A stretch of 63,880 bases of DNA, filler included, from Olpidium bornovanus S191 (Eukaryota > Fungi > Olpidiomycota): assembly GCA_017911155.1 (NCBI GenBank). It is 25 parts of 25 records of this genome, joined end to end, with 100 filler letters (N's around TTAATTAATTAA, not from the genome) between each part and the next. Parts side by side here need not be neighbours in the genome. Positions count along the whole stretch, not along the records: positions 1 to 3,176 come from JAEFCI010004446.1; positions 3,277 to 5,159 come from JAEFCI010013054.1; positions 5,260 to 8,564 come from JAEFCI010007299.1; positions 8,665 to 9,870 come from JAEFCI010009276.1; positions 9,971 to 11,219 come from JAEFCI010008101.1; positions 11,320 to 13,948 come from JAEFCI010008326.1; 19 more parts are not named here. The stretch is one strand, 5' to 3'. How positions within the stretch are numbered: the first letter of the stretch is position 1; each line of letters starts with the position of its first letter. A program made the translations under genes and the position numbers. Of this stretch, positions 1 to 12,150 are shown piece after piece. The notes beneath the pieces were generated by a model. It saw only the letters and a program-made list of their open reading frames with translations, searched no databases and had not been told where the DNA came from.

Positions 1-95
1 CCCCCCCCCCACCTCCTCCTCCCCTCCGTCCCCCGTGCGCGCGGGTGTTTTTGCGAACCCTCGAAAACTGAACAGAGGCGGCCCTTAACCTCCAG

Positions 96-402
96 GACGG
101 CACGACGCTGTTCTCGGCTCTGTACCGGTCATGGTGCCACAACGCCGTCGCGACGTTTTCGCTCTGCCTCCTCGCGCAGGCGTACGAGCACGCGGCAAGC
201 TTGCTGCATCAATTGTGGGTAATTCGGGGCGTCCGTGACAAATATTTCTCCGGGCGGATGTTCCCAGGGGTCCAAAAAAAGAGGGGGGCGGGGAAGAAAA
301 TCGCCAAAGGAGCCTAACCGAGTATAACACATCATTTTTTTTAAACAAATTCTGTGCAAAACAAAAAAAAAAAAAAAAAATTAAATTTTTTTAAAAAAAA
401 AA

Positions 403-441
<39 letters not shown>

Positions 442-1436
442 CGCCGAGCTGGAGATCACAGTGAATTTCCTCATACAGATCGACAAGCTGGTTCAACTGC
501 TGGAGTCACCCGTGTTTACCTGTGGGTGACCTTTTTCCGAGCGTATCGTCCAGACCCCCCCCCCTTTTCCCCGACTCGTCACCGAAGTCATTCGCGCGCG
601 CGCTCGCAACCCGCAGACCTTCGATTACAGCTCCTCGAGCCCGACAAGTATCCGCATCTCTTCAAGTGCCTCTACGGGATCTTGATGCTATTGCCGCAGA
701 GCAGCGCGTTCGCCACGCTGCGCAACCGCCTGAGCAGCGTCAGCTCTTTAGGGGCTCTGCAAGTTCTGCCGAAAGGGTGGGCATTAATAACCGCCAAAAA
801 GTTACGAGGGCGTGAGACTTGCGCGTTGCCCGCTGATCGACTGCGGTTGCTTGAACTCCGTCCAGGCCCGGCTACCAATCCCCGGGAACGTCAGTCCCAG
901 AGTTCAAGGCCCGGATATTGAAGCCGACAAGTGCTCTCGGCATTGCCAGCCAGACGTCGTCGACAAACGATCTTCGGTTCCAAGACCTCCTGGGGCATTT
1001 TATCCAGGTCCAGGCCACGCACGAGAAGTCGCGGCAAACAGGTAACGGAAGAAATGTCGAAAGAATTGTCGCGAGCCGGCGGACCACAAGCGGATCACTT
1101 ACGTTTCCTTTTCTCTCTGTCTCTCTCACTCTCTCCCGCCCCACAGGAACGCAGACGCATCCGCGGTCCGCCTCACGCGGCCGTTCGCCCCGCGGCGTAT
1201 ACGCCCCGGCGACGCAACACACGCCGCTTCCGATGCGCTCGGCGACGAGGGCAGCGTCGGGTTTAAGTGCGGCGGCCGTAGACGGCGGCGAGGCAGAATC
1301 CACGGGACCCGGAGCGGCGGGCGCTGAGGGGCCTCCACTGACGCCGACTCTACGCAGCGTCGCGCGGAAACCGCACGGGCTCGCCTCCAGCGGAGGGACG
1401 AAGAAGCTTAGAGGACAGGGAGGTCGAAATGGATAA
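96..1436 (+). CDS. VAC14: Vac14 (PI(3,5)P2 regulatory scaffold), C-terminal Fig4-binding region, 5'-partial, multi-exon
   Basis: Exons 96-214, 442-521 and 617-~776 splice at GT-AG to [102 protein letters not shown], the Vac14 C-terminal signature. LRFQDLLGHFIQVQATHEK follows. The exact junctions of the last exons are uncertain. Confidence 0.92.
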
Positions 1437-2310
1437 AAATTCGGAGAGAATGGCCGTCGGGAGCCGCTGGACACAATATACGAGTGGTTTTTCGCGGGAC
1501 GGGGGGGGGAATACAACTGAGCCGCAGACGCGAGCGACTCGGCAGCGAGTGTGTGCCAAAAAGGACCGGGTGCTTATACCACGGACCAAACCGAGAGGCA
1601 ATGTGGCAGAGATCCAGGAGCGGCCGTTCCCTTAGAAAGGGGGGGCCGAGGAGGTAAGAAAAGCTAGTAAGGCCGTTTCTCCCGTTTGAACCTCGCCGGG
1701 TTTAGATATTGCCTAGGCGTTTCCCGGTGCGAGTACGATAGGAACGCGTACTCGACCTGAATTCCTGGCTTAGCAACGGCACATCCCGCCGGCGCTGGCC
1801 ACATGGGGCAGTCTTGCAAACGACGACGGAAATCGACCGTCCCCAAACGCGCGGCACGCACACGGGAAGGAGGGGGCCGGGGGTACAATTGCGGGAGACG
1901 CGCGCGCGGCTAGAGCAGCGTTTTATTTCTTACGTAACGTTCGTACACATGTTAACAATTGATGTAAGCGACCGGGCCGGGGGACGACAGGGTGACGGTG
2001 GTGAATTGCGCGGCAGGGACAGGCAAAGTGCTGCACTTTCTCGCGGGATATCGCTGCGTGCTTGTTTAGCAGAAAGGGAACGGGGCAGGACGGGAGAGGA
2101 AGGAGCTGGTCTCGGCGCGGGGTCCCGCTACGTAGGGAGGGGTGGGGCGAGTGGGGAGGGTCGGGGAGGCGACGGCGGGGGGCGGCGAGCAGGATATTCC
2201 GCGCGGGCGACGGTTCCGGAAGAGGGTTGGCGGGCAACGACGGGGTCGACTGGTCGCGGCACGGGCCCACCTTTTATACGCGCGGGCGGGGATGGGCAAG
2301 CCGGGCGCCG

Positions 2311-2380
2311 TTTGTTTGTTTTTTTGTTTGTTTGTTTTGTTTTGTTTTGTTTTGTTTTGTTTTGTTTTGTTTTGTTTTGT
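2311..2380. repeat. (GTTTT)n pentanucleotide microsatellite
   Basis: Directly visible GTTT/GTTTT tandem run. Confidence 0.9.
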
Positions 2381-3141
2381 TATTATTTTTTTTCCCTTTC
2401 GTTTTGCGCGCGAGGGGAGGGGGAGGGGGAAGTGGCGGCGTATCCTTTTCACTCACGCTTTCCTGTTAATCTCCGGCGCTGCCCGCCGGCCGCCTTATAA
2501 GGCTTCGAAAAACACGCAGTTAACTTTTTACCCTTGACCGTCAAAGGGGGGGGGGGGGGATTCAATGCAGGCGGCCGCGGGACGACGGGGGAGCGGACGC
2601 CGGCCGGGGCTCCCGGGGCAAAGCGCAGGGGTTTGCTTCCGCCTGGTGCCCGCGTCTCGTCGCTCGGCGCCGTGCCGGGGTTCCGTCGTCTCGGCCGACA
2701 CACACGTGTAAACGTGTCGCGCGCTGGGGAAGGGGTGGGAGGACCGCGTCCGCCGGAGCGAGCGGCAGCGCCGTCTGTGGGCACCGCCTTGCTTGCGTTC
2801 CTGCTGTTCTTGAAGCTTGGCGAAAGAACAGGGCATCTGCCGTGCCGATGCTTCTCGCCGCAGTGCTGGCATGAAGGGGGGGGGGTTCGCGCTTATCGCC
2901 ACGTCCTCCGTGAAGCGCCCCTTCTTAGGGCCGCGGTGGGCCGGTCCCCGTTCATATTTAAGGTCCCTACCCAAAAAAAAAAAAAAAAAAAAAATTAATT
3001 TGAATCGACACACGCTCGGCTCCGGCGTCGGAGTCCGGAACTCCTCCCGATGCGGCGTGTTCGGCGTCAAAACTTTTTCTCGACTTTGCCCTCTTTTGGA
3101 TTCATTTTCGCCTGCGGGCGGATTATCAGCCACGGGCGAGC

Positions 3142-3176
<35 letters not shown>

Positions 3177-3276
3177 NNNNNNNNNNNNNNNNNNNNNNNN
3201 NNNNNNNNNNNNNNNNNNNNTTAATTAATTAANNNNNNNNNNNNNNNNNNNNNNNNNNNNNNNNNNNNNNNNNNNN
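3177..3276. other. Artificial contig spacer (44 N + TTAATTAATTAA + 44 N); 24 copies in the window
   Basis: Identical 100-bp spacers start at 3177, 5160, 8565, 9871, 11220, 13949, 15371, 16766, 17884, 23772, 26010, 27549, 30922, 33964, 38086, 43221, 44690, 47718, 49602, 50864, 57461, 59460, 61064 and 62722. The 12-mer puts stop codons in all six frames. Confidence 0.99.
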
Positions 3277-3727
3277 CTGGTGCATGCAGCTTGGACCCAT
3301 CCGGAGCGCGTGGCATCGAGGAGTGGGGGACCTTCATGTAGAGGCCAACATTAAATGAGCCATAGAGGTAAGTGATAACAACGTCCATCAGGTGCATCTC
3401 GAGACCATGGCGAGCAGCCAGCACAATCAAGAGATGGAGGCAACTGCAGACCCGGCTGTACGTATTGTCGAAGTCGATGCCGGGACGACGGGAGAATCCC
3501 CGTGCAACCAGCTGAATACTATGCCTATCGCTACGTTGCCAGTACCATTGCATTTTCGGACAAGGATTCACTCGTCGCCCACGAGCCTGATGGACTTTGG
3601 GAGATCATCCGGGATTTTGCCGAAAACTTTGCGACTATTCAGAGCGCCAATGTTTTCCACTGTGTTCCCGTTATTAAATGTTTCGTTTCCGACGGCGTGG
3701 AATCTTGTACTGACCTGGGGGGACGGG
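3277..3727 (-). mobile_element. Decayed Ty1/copia reverse transcriptase fragment
   Basis: LVARGFSRRPGIDFDNTYS...LAARHGLEMHLMDVVITYLYG...LYMKVP matches the copia RT (RVT_2) motifs. Upstream LNSRKVFG-like remnants are frameshifted and contain stops. Confidence 0.88.
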
Positions 3728-3918
3728 CATGAAAGAGTGGTCACGTGACCAGCGACGAGAGGAAGAGGAAAGGGGGCATTCGGGCCTCGCTCCCCCCCCT
3801 TCCCCTTTCTTCCTTCCCCTTTCCCCTTTCGCGCCTCCGCCCCCGCCGCGGGCGCGCCTGGGGAAAAACCGTGCTCACGCCGCCGCTAAGCAGACTGACC
3901 GCGCGCCCTTCCGCCACC

Positions 3919-4979
3919 ATGGTCCAGGAGCAGCTGCTGCAGCAGGGGACGAAGGTCTGGGCCAAAATGAAGGGCTACCCGTGGTGGCCTGGACAGGTGC
4001 GTGTGCGCGTACACTGCGTTGGGGCGGGGAGGAAGATGCACGCAGCTCGGACGTGGTGCTAGTGCGTGAGGCCTAGTCGGGACAGAGGGCGAAGTTCTGC
4101 CCCGGCCCCACGCGGCCTACTTCGCTGCGGCAGCTAGGGTGCTGGAGCCGCAAGCGTCGCTGCTTCCGGAATGGCGGTGCTTTTTCGCGTTGTTTGTTAC
4201 GCCCTCTCCCTTCGGAAAGCGCGCCCCGTCGGCCCTACACGAGATGCTGCCGCTCGGTTTTTCGCTTTACGTCTTCGCCAGCCGACCGGTTTTCTGACCG
4301 TTCCTTGTGCGTCGTTCTCGTGTTTGCCTACCTTTCGGGCGCGCAGATTGCTGAGGAGGCTGCCATGCCCAAAACGGCTATACCTTCCAGGAGGTTGCCT
4401 TCGGCAGTTCCGATTTTGTTTTACGGCACGAACAACTTGTAAGTCGGGTTCCTGCTTGCAGCGCCGACGCGTTGCCCAGAGCGGCATTGCTGAAGCCGCC
4501 GCTGAAATTTTCTATTTTTTTTCAGCGCTTGGCTCCACGGCGCCGATATCAAGCCTTTTGATGAAGGAAACGCACCCGACACTCCCAAAAAGCAGGCAGG
4601 GAAGCTTCTCGAAGCCATCAGGCTGGCAAAGGAGGACGAGGCTCCGACGGGGCGCCTACCGTCCTTTACGGAACAAGACTCTACGGTAGACGACGAAGAA
4701 TTTGCGGAAAGCAGTGATGAAGAGGAAGAAGACTCCTCCGGTGCGAAAAGGAAAAAACGTCACGCGTCTGCTTCCAAGAAGCCGGTTGTCAAGGCCACGC
4801 CAAAGGCTCGCAAGACTCCGCAGACACCCAAAATTTCCAGGACGCCCGCTCCTGCTTCCTCTGGCACCAGTACCACCAAGAGGAAGGCTACGCCAGTCAC
4901 AGGGTCGTCAAAGCGCAAGAAGGTTCAGCGTGATGAGGATGTAGAGATGCGAGAATCTGGAATCGACGCCGTCCAGATG
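3919..4979 (+). CDS. PWWP-domain chromatin protein, 3'-partial
   Basis: ATG in GCCACCATGG context. Exons 3919-3996, 4347-4438 and 4526- splice in frame to MVQEQLLQQGTKVWAKMKGYPWWPGQ-IAEEAAM...VPILFYGTNNF-AWLHGADIKPF, followed by a charged low-complexity tail. Confidence 0.88.
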
Positions 4980-5259
4980 GTAGGTACCACATGGAAATGG
5001 ACCGCCAGCGAAGCTTGATTAGTTTCTTTTTTTGTCCGCATGCTTTCTGACAGATCTTCATAATTATTTTAAGGTTAAGCCCAAAAAATCGATAAAGGAG
5101 TTGAAGAAAAACTGTATGTAACAGTGATTTTTTTTTACAGTTGCTGATGCGTACGACCANNNNNNNNNNNNNNNNNNNNNNNNNNNNNNNNNNNNNNNNN
5201 NNNTTAATTAATTAANNNNNNNNNNNNNNNNNNNNNNNNNNNNNNNNNNNNNNNNNNNN

Positions 5260-7615
5260 CCCGCTCCCTGCATAAAAGTTTCCACGCTCTTCGCGTACGC
5301 CTCTCCGCGTTCGTCGCCGTACGTCAGATACAGGTACGCGGAGTGATCCGGGCTGGTGGGGTTGGCTGGTCCCATGGTTGCATAGGGACCGAAGTCTAAA
5401 AACGAAGCTGAGACGCGGAGCGTCGGTGGAAAACGGGTGAGTTCGGAATCTTATCGTGTAGCTCACGCGCTTTTTTTCAGTTCCGGCGGTTCCGGAATCT
5501 CCGCGTCGCGTCGAGAAACCAACGATCTTCTTCCGGAAATTAGGTTCAACGCGCGCACCCGGGCCCCGAAAGAAACCCATTAAAAGATCAGTACGTCTCC
5601 TCACCGATCTTTCGCGGGACGGTAGGCGCACTCGCTTTGTCGGCTGCTATGAGCGCCAGCTCTGGCGGAGTGTTGTACGTCGCGCCAAGTCCAAAGGAAT
5701 AGGTGAACGGCATCGTGTCCTGGTAGCATTGTCGGTTAAGCCGCGATAGCTCTCCAGCGAGACGCCCTGCTGGTCCATCAATGAGCACAATCAGGATTTC
5801 CACTCGAGTACGACGTAGTCGGCCGGGACCCACCAGTTAAGTTGAGCCATACCGGAGGGAGCCAAGCTGCAGTCTGCTAAATATGTTGGTTTCCCGGTGG
5901 GTTTCTCTGCTTCTACTATACTGCCGCCTACAATGGCGGCGATAGTCCCATCGGGCTCCAGGGCAGCCGCAAATGCCTTAATTAATGGTGCCGGCTGCGG
6001 GCCTTTCTGCTCGCCGTGTGTTCGTGGCGTCTGCAGGTACCGGGCGTTTGTCGCGAGAAGTGTCGCGACAGACTCCGATCGGGACACGCACAGTGTGCTG
6101 AGCTCTGCCGCTGGGTCGAAAATAATATCTGCAAGATCCGGGTGTATTGTCGCGGTCGTCCCCCCCGGATCCTGGCTGTGCCTGTGTAATGACAAGTCTC
6201 CAGACGGAGTGGCGGACCTTTCACCGGGAGCACCGGGTGTCCTCCGCTCTCCGGCGAACTCGTCGTACGTCACATGACTCTGGCTCCGCCATGGTTTCCT
6301 GCCGTCGGCTGGTACGGGCGTGGACGCGGTCCTGTCCGAGCCTGCGGCCAGTCTTCGCTTTCCCTTTCCACCCTTTACCTCCCGGCCGCCTTGAGGTTGC
6401 TGCTTTTTCGCCGGCTGCTGTCGCCGTCGCTTCTCTTCCTCCTTACTCCGCTCTTGGCGGGTCTCCTCCTCCGTCATCACGTTCTTTCCTTCCCGCAGGA
6501 TGGCCAACCTTCCGTATTCCCCAATCTTCTCGGCATAACGGTGATACGCCGTCTGCGGTGAATTGTATGCCTTAGCATTATTAATGACAAGGTCGAAGTC
6601 TCTCTGAAATCGGCAAGAGAGACATCAGACTAGGCGCGTCAGACTAGGCCCCAGAAAGGTTCAATGCCATCGACAATGACAGAGCAAAGGCGAACGCTTG
6701 ACAGTACATGGAACTCCTCTATCATCCTGTATTGCTTCGCACTAGCCTTCGCCTTCATGGTGCCAAAATCCATTGGCTCCTTTACAACGCTGAGATAATC
6801 GGTGACGACCGAAGTGTCGACCGGCTGGAGGAAGAAGCCGTAGTCGTCTTTTCTGTCCGGGCAGGCAGGAATGTAAAACTCGTTGATAAAAACGCAAAAA
6901 CCACCGGCGACTATCTATCGCGGGCGCGCGTTCGGCGCCATGCGCACCTCATAAAGACCTCCAGGAGCTTCAGACAGATGACGTGAAGTTCTTTCTTCTT
7001 TGGCGCCCACAAACCGCCCGTGCACTTTGGGACATAGTTCCTGCCGCCACGTGCCTTCGCAGAATGCTTGGCGCCTTTTTTGCTCTTGCCGGACCTGCCG
7101 ACGGTTTTGTTCGCGGCGTTCGCGGCAGGAACACCGCCTCCGTCCAACATTGCTCCTTCGAACGCAGGCGGCGCGGCATCGGAAGGCGTTCCCATTGCGT
7201 TGGGGAGTGCTTCATCCTCGTCCGCGCACGGCCGAGGCGACCCGGCTCCAGAAATCGCCGGCGAAACGGGAGCGGGATATTCGGCAACTGCTGCCGGGCG
7301 AGGGTCGTTTGGAACTCGCTCAGCGTCGTCCCTCCGCGACGCAGGGCCGTGCCGATTCTCGTCCGCAGGCGCTTCCCGCTTGAGCGGGACGAGGCGCGCA
7401 ACGTCGGTCGTGAGAACGCTCGAGACGAGCTTGATCTTGAGCTTGCCCTTCGCAGTAGCGCTCGGGGCGACGCCGGCCCGGTCGCCGAGGTTGCCGCCTG
7501 CGCTTCCCGACGGATAACCCGGAAAATCGCCGCCCAGGACGTTTCCCGCAGCGTGGCCGTTTGGGACTTGGCCGACGTTGTTGTCCACGCGTGCGCCGCC
7601 CCGGTTGCTGTTCAT
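5260..7615 (-). CDS. BRD7/BRD9: BRD7/BRD9-like bromodomain protein, 3'-partial
   Basis: Spliced bromodomain KDDYGFFLQPVDTSVVTDYLSVVKEPMDFGTMKAK...RDFDLVINNAKAYNSPQTAYHRYAEKI. Near the contig end are FLDFGPYATMGP and YLTYGDERGEAYAKSVETF, which resemble the BRD7/9 C-terminal (DUF3512) motifs. Confidence 0.8.
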
Positions 7616-8270
7616 CTTTTTTATTTTTTATTTTTATTTTATTTTTTTCTTTTTCTTTTTTTCTTTTGGCCCTCCCCCCTCGCTCGCAGCTGCCGTGTTC
7701 GATTTGGGAAAGAGAATAGGAGCAGCCCACCACCTGCCAAACCGATTGCCAAACGGTGTCGCTGGAAGGTCTCGTCCGAAAAAAAAAAAAAAAAAACCGC
7801 GACGCTTTCTCAGCCATCTCCTATAAACGGGTTCATTCGACTCAGGCTCTGCTCGTCCAACACGCTCCCGCCGGCTGGAACGTATTGACAGTTTTCCAGA
7901 GGTCCTTCAGTGACCCAATCGGGAGGATATGCAACATCAACTTCCGGCGAAGGGTGCTCGCTTGTAAGTCTCCGGCATGTTCGCATTGTGGAGCTCCTCG
8001 TATGCCCCGCTGGCGCCTTTAACACACTTCTGTTATACACTCGTATGCTTTCGTTTGTTTGTACACATGCCTGAGACTATAATCCCAAAGGTTGCGGGTA
8101 TGCCCTTCATTGTACGGTTTCAAGATGGCCATTAAAAGTTTCAAATGTCGGTCGTATACCAGCTCAAACGCTAAAAGCCCATTCGCCATGCGCACTGTGA
8201 TTTTGTGCTCTGCCGTTGGACGGACACAGCTCATGCGTTCGCATCCCACATGGTGCGCTGTATCTGCCGT

Positions 8271-8345
8271 GACGTTTGTCTGCCGTATCCTTACGAACGT
8301 TTGTCTGCGCATCCTTACGAACGTTTGTCTGCTGCATCCTTACGA
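8271..8345. repeat. Three ~24-bp tandem repeats (ACGTTTGTCTGC-GCATCCTTACGA)
   Basis: Directly visible near-identical copies. Confidence 0.85.
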
Positions 8346-8664
8346 AGGCCGTCGCTGTGACAAATATCAGCGGGACGTCTCGTCGCACCCGTTACTGGCG
8401 GTGACTCCTTTACTGCAAGTCGCAACCTGCACGCGTGTCGCTCTCATGATCTGCGCTGGTCACCTGTGGGCCAAATTCTGCACCTTTGCTCCCATTCTGC
8501 TCAACACCTTTGTGACCTATTGCCAGGCAAGCCTCCGCGACACCCAAGTCTTCATCAATTTACANNNNNNNNNNNNNNNNNNNNNNNNNNNNNNNNNNNN
8601 NNNNNNNNTTAATTAATTAANNNNNNNNNNNNNNNNNNNNNNNNNNNNNNNNNNNNNNNNNNNN

Positions 8665-9810
8665 CATGCCTTCTGCGACGACGGATTCGGCGGAGAGGCA
8701 AAGATTTACGTACGAGGACGTTGGCCGGGAGTCCCACTACCAGTTCGTCGTCGGCGTCCGGCAACCAGAAAAGAGACGACAGTCCGCCGGGCTGTTGTCG
8801 CCGTGCGGCATCTGCTGCGACTCGATGTTGGGCCGTGGACAGGCCGCTAAGGCAGTAACACGTGTGGTAGTAATCAGGCGCCCTTGCGCCGTATGATCGA
8901 AGAAAGAGAATGACCAGGGAATGGCGTAAGCGGCCGTTTCGGGCGCTGCTCTCAAGGCGCACTTGACGTAACGTACTTTCCGGGCTTATCTCGCATCCCA
9001 CCTCGCCGAGGTCCCACTTGGCACGCGACCAGAAGATATTCCTGCAGCGCCTCTGCGCACCAGTTTGAGGCGGTAAGTGAGGAACTTTGTTCTTGACAGG
9101 TCTGGCGCCCAGGAAAAGGGAGCCTCACCTCTGTCATACATATCTATTGGGAACGGCGATGGCCCCTCCTGACTCCGTTCGTTCAAGCCACTGCTCAACA
9201 GCGGGAATATGCCACCTACCCAGAACGAGTAGCATCCGTCAACAAGTTTGTTAGTTCGCCCCCGGAAGCCGCCCTCGAAATTCATCTGCTGTTGGACAGT
9301 CCATTTCTGTGGATATCACGAAGGCGTCGGAAAATTAGTGCTAGAGTGGCCCACCCCATCCGCCCCGGTCCACAGAAATTTAAAACAAAATGGAAGGCAA
9401 GTCGAAAAAGCTCCATGACACAAACGCACGAGCAGCTTCTGGAGATTCAGCATGCGCATGCAGCCCAAGATTTCCATCGCCGCTACAGCGCAATACGTGT
9501 ACCCTCCGTGCGCTTCCACTCCCGGTACCGCGCCCAACCCTCCCTCGTATGTTTGGCATCGCGCAATGAACTCTGCGACCCCGGCCGTGAGCTCGGGAGT
9601 CAAAAGATTGAGCAGTGCAGCCACTGAGAGCGCGCAATATGACCCTCTGAGGACCGGTCCGGCAAATAGCGCGGTTCAGCAAATGTCTCGAGTTTGTAAA
9701 CCCGTTGACTCCACGATATCGTACCGGACGTCACGTTCGCCGGCGTCGTGCATGATGAACGAGCCGTCCGGCTGCTTCAACCGCAGAAGCCATCGGTACA
9801 ATCGGTCTCT
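8665..9810 (-). CDS. RAM1: Protein farnesyltransferase beta subunit, partial
   Basis: Exons encode RLKQPDGSFIMHDAGERDVR, YEGGLGAVPGVEAHGGYTYCAVAA, EGGFRGRTNKLVDGCYSFWVGG, GGMRDKPGK and PDYYHTCYCLSGLSTAQH, which are diagnostic FTase-beta motifs. Confidence 0.95.
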
Positions 9811-10004
9811 GGGCAGCAGAGTTATGGACGACACACAACTCAGCAGTTGACTTTGCGCCCTTTTCCGGCCNNNNNNNNNNNNNNNNNNNNNNNNNNNNNN
9901 NNNNNNNNNNNNNNTTAATTAATTAANNNNNNNNNNNNNNNNNNNNNNNNNNNNNNNNNNNNNNNNNNNNCATGAAGGTCAGTCGCGGTTTTGAGAGTCA
10001 GTAT

Positions 10005-10442
10005 GGTAGTGCTGACGAGCAAAATAGTATAGCTTTTTTCAAAAAAAAACGCGGAGCGGTTTTAGGGGAATTGCTGATCCTGATTGTCTTGATTGTTCAC
10101 ACCTTGCGGGCGTGATCGAAAAATATCAGGGAACATCGCACCAGAGTGTGCACGTGCGCAAGCGATAAAATGGAGGCGTCAATGCAGGAGATCGCTGGAT
10201 CTACACTGTCGGAGTTACGGTCGCTGGCGCAAGCTGTTGAAACTTGCAGAATCTCAGCATAAATGAATGACGAGCAAGGTAGTGTTGACTATCAAAACAG
10301 TTTTGCTTTTTTGAAAAGAAAGGCGTATCGGTTTAAAGGGTAAATTGCTGATCTTGATCGTGTAAACTTTTTACACATGAATCTCACATCAGAATGTGCA
10401 CATGCACAAGGAACCGGTGGAGGCTTTCTTGACGATGCTGGA
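10005..10442. repeat. Diverged tandem duplication (copies start at 10005 and 10278)
   Basis: GGTAGTGCTGACGAGCAAAATAG...AATTGCTGATCCTGAT versus GGTAGTGTTGACTATCAAAACAG...AATTGCTGATCTTGAT. Further on, GTGTGCACGTGCGCAAG versus ATGTGCACATGCACAAG. Confidence 0.7.
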
Positions 10443-11319
10443 GATTGTTATCTCGAAAACTGCTAGTAGCTTCGGTACCATGAACTTAAACTACATTCAA
10501 TTTTTCGCAAACCTGGAGCCGTTTATTATGCGGCCAAGGCGATAATAACATCACGGTGGACAATCTGGCACAATTGGAGAGGGAGCGCAACTGCGGAAAT
10601 TGTGCAACCCCCTCCCGTGCTTATTTTACGGCTCTACCGTATATCTGCACAGTCGCAAATCCTTTCCAAAATTCAGTATGAGCGAAACGCTCGACGATGT
10701 TTTTTCTGCACTTTAAAGTCATCAAGATCTGATGGTTGCAACGTAAAAGGAAACTTATTTCAATGAACTCCGGAGCCTGAAAAGAAAAATAATCGCGTAT
10801 GGCGACGGAATCCGCGTGCCGTTTCCCGTCACACTCCGCAGAGCGTGCCCCGGACGCCCCCCGCGAAGTGTTTTGACGCCGGCGCGGCGCGCGGGCTCCT
10901 CCCGCTTTCGGCGGCGGACGCGCCGTGGGGCGGCTCATTCGCGGCTTCTTTGGCGCGCGCGCTCGCTTTCCGGCCGGCTCTCGTTCGTCACCAAGGAAAC
11001 CTCCCCTTTCCTTCCTTCCCTCCCTTTTCCCCCCTCGTCGCTCTTTCCCTTGCTCTCCCTCTCTCCCCTCTCACCGCCCTTGCTTTCCCCGATCCGAACG
11101 ACCCCGCCCCCTCCCCCTCTCCAATCGTTTCAGCTTGACAGCGACCGGCTCTTAAGCGCAAAACGACAAAGGGTGGAGTGAGAATACGGACGATCAAAAC
11201 GTTGCCGAGCTACGGCATGNNNNNNNNNNNNNNNNNNNNNNNNNNNNNNNNNNNNNNNNNNNNTTAATTAATTAANNNNNNNNNNNNNNNNNNNNNNNNN
11301 NNNNNNNNNNNNNNNNNNN

Positions 11320-12150
11320 CATGCAGTAAAAAGAAAAAAAACGTTGGCATATTTGCTGAACTCTTGCATAAGGAACTTCGGGAAAAACGTGAGGACATTA
11401 TATTTTGCAGTGGATATGCAGTTATGCAGCCATTGCCCCATAGCGTTGCGAGAAGTATCATTGATGTAAATTTTCCGGAAAGCTTGTTCCTTGTTGGTGC
11501 CATTCGAGCGAATGGTCAGAGATGGTTGCATAACGGCAGGTACTCTGCTGGGGTCGTTTGAGACTTCAAAAGACTGTGGCGGCCGCCTGTCATCAGAATC
11601 CACTTCCGGAGGCGACGGTGGAGCCCTGGTCAACGGGACCGTGAAGTCACCAGGTAGCTCTGTGGAACGCGGAAACAACGGCGGGATCCGTGGTCAGCAC
11701 GTCCAAAAAGCCGAACGCAAAACGCAGACGCCACGCGAACCTCGCGATACCGACCTGCGGCGAAAGAAACGTCGTCGCAGCTGGAATCGTCACCGAGCAG
11801 GTACGGACCCTGTCGCGACATGCTCGCGGTGGAGGGACGGGGAGATTCCCCATCTCCGAGCCGCAAGCACCCGAGCTGATCGCTAGAGCGACCGGCCGGC
11901 GACACGTGTGCGGAGGCGCCGTACGGCGCGGGTCCGTATTCGAGCGCTGCGGATTGCGGAGTTTCCTGACGAGCAACGCCGTCTGAGAGTGCGGACGCGC
12001 GCGGCGGCAGGCCTGACTGCACCTCGGAAAGCGGGAGGTATGCGTGAGTCCCGCCGCTGTGACCGGAAGAGCTCCGGACAAACCCCGCGCGAGGGCTGCT
12101 CGTGGCGTGCCCGGCCAGATCCGCAGACGCGTCGAAATGAAAAGATTGGA
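11320..12150 (-). CDS. DRS2: P4-ATPase phospholipid flippase (Drs2-like), N-terminal fragment
   Basis: RKIYINDTSRN...HNCISTAKYNVLTFFPKFLMQEFSKYANVFFLFTA is the Drs2/ATP8A N-terminal signature. The upstream low-complexity exons and the start codon are approximate. Confidence 0.9.

Noticed and set aside
3221-3232. Recurrent TTAATTAATTAA palindrome
   Set aside because: Always centred in 44+44 Ns, so it is a scaffolding linker. ORFs ending in X...LIN are artefacts.
8430-8564. Possible exon GHLWAKFCTFAPILLNTFVTYCQ
   Set aside because: Short, at a contig end, would need a GC donor, and no family was recognised.
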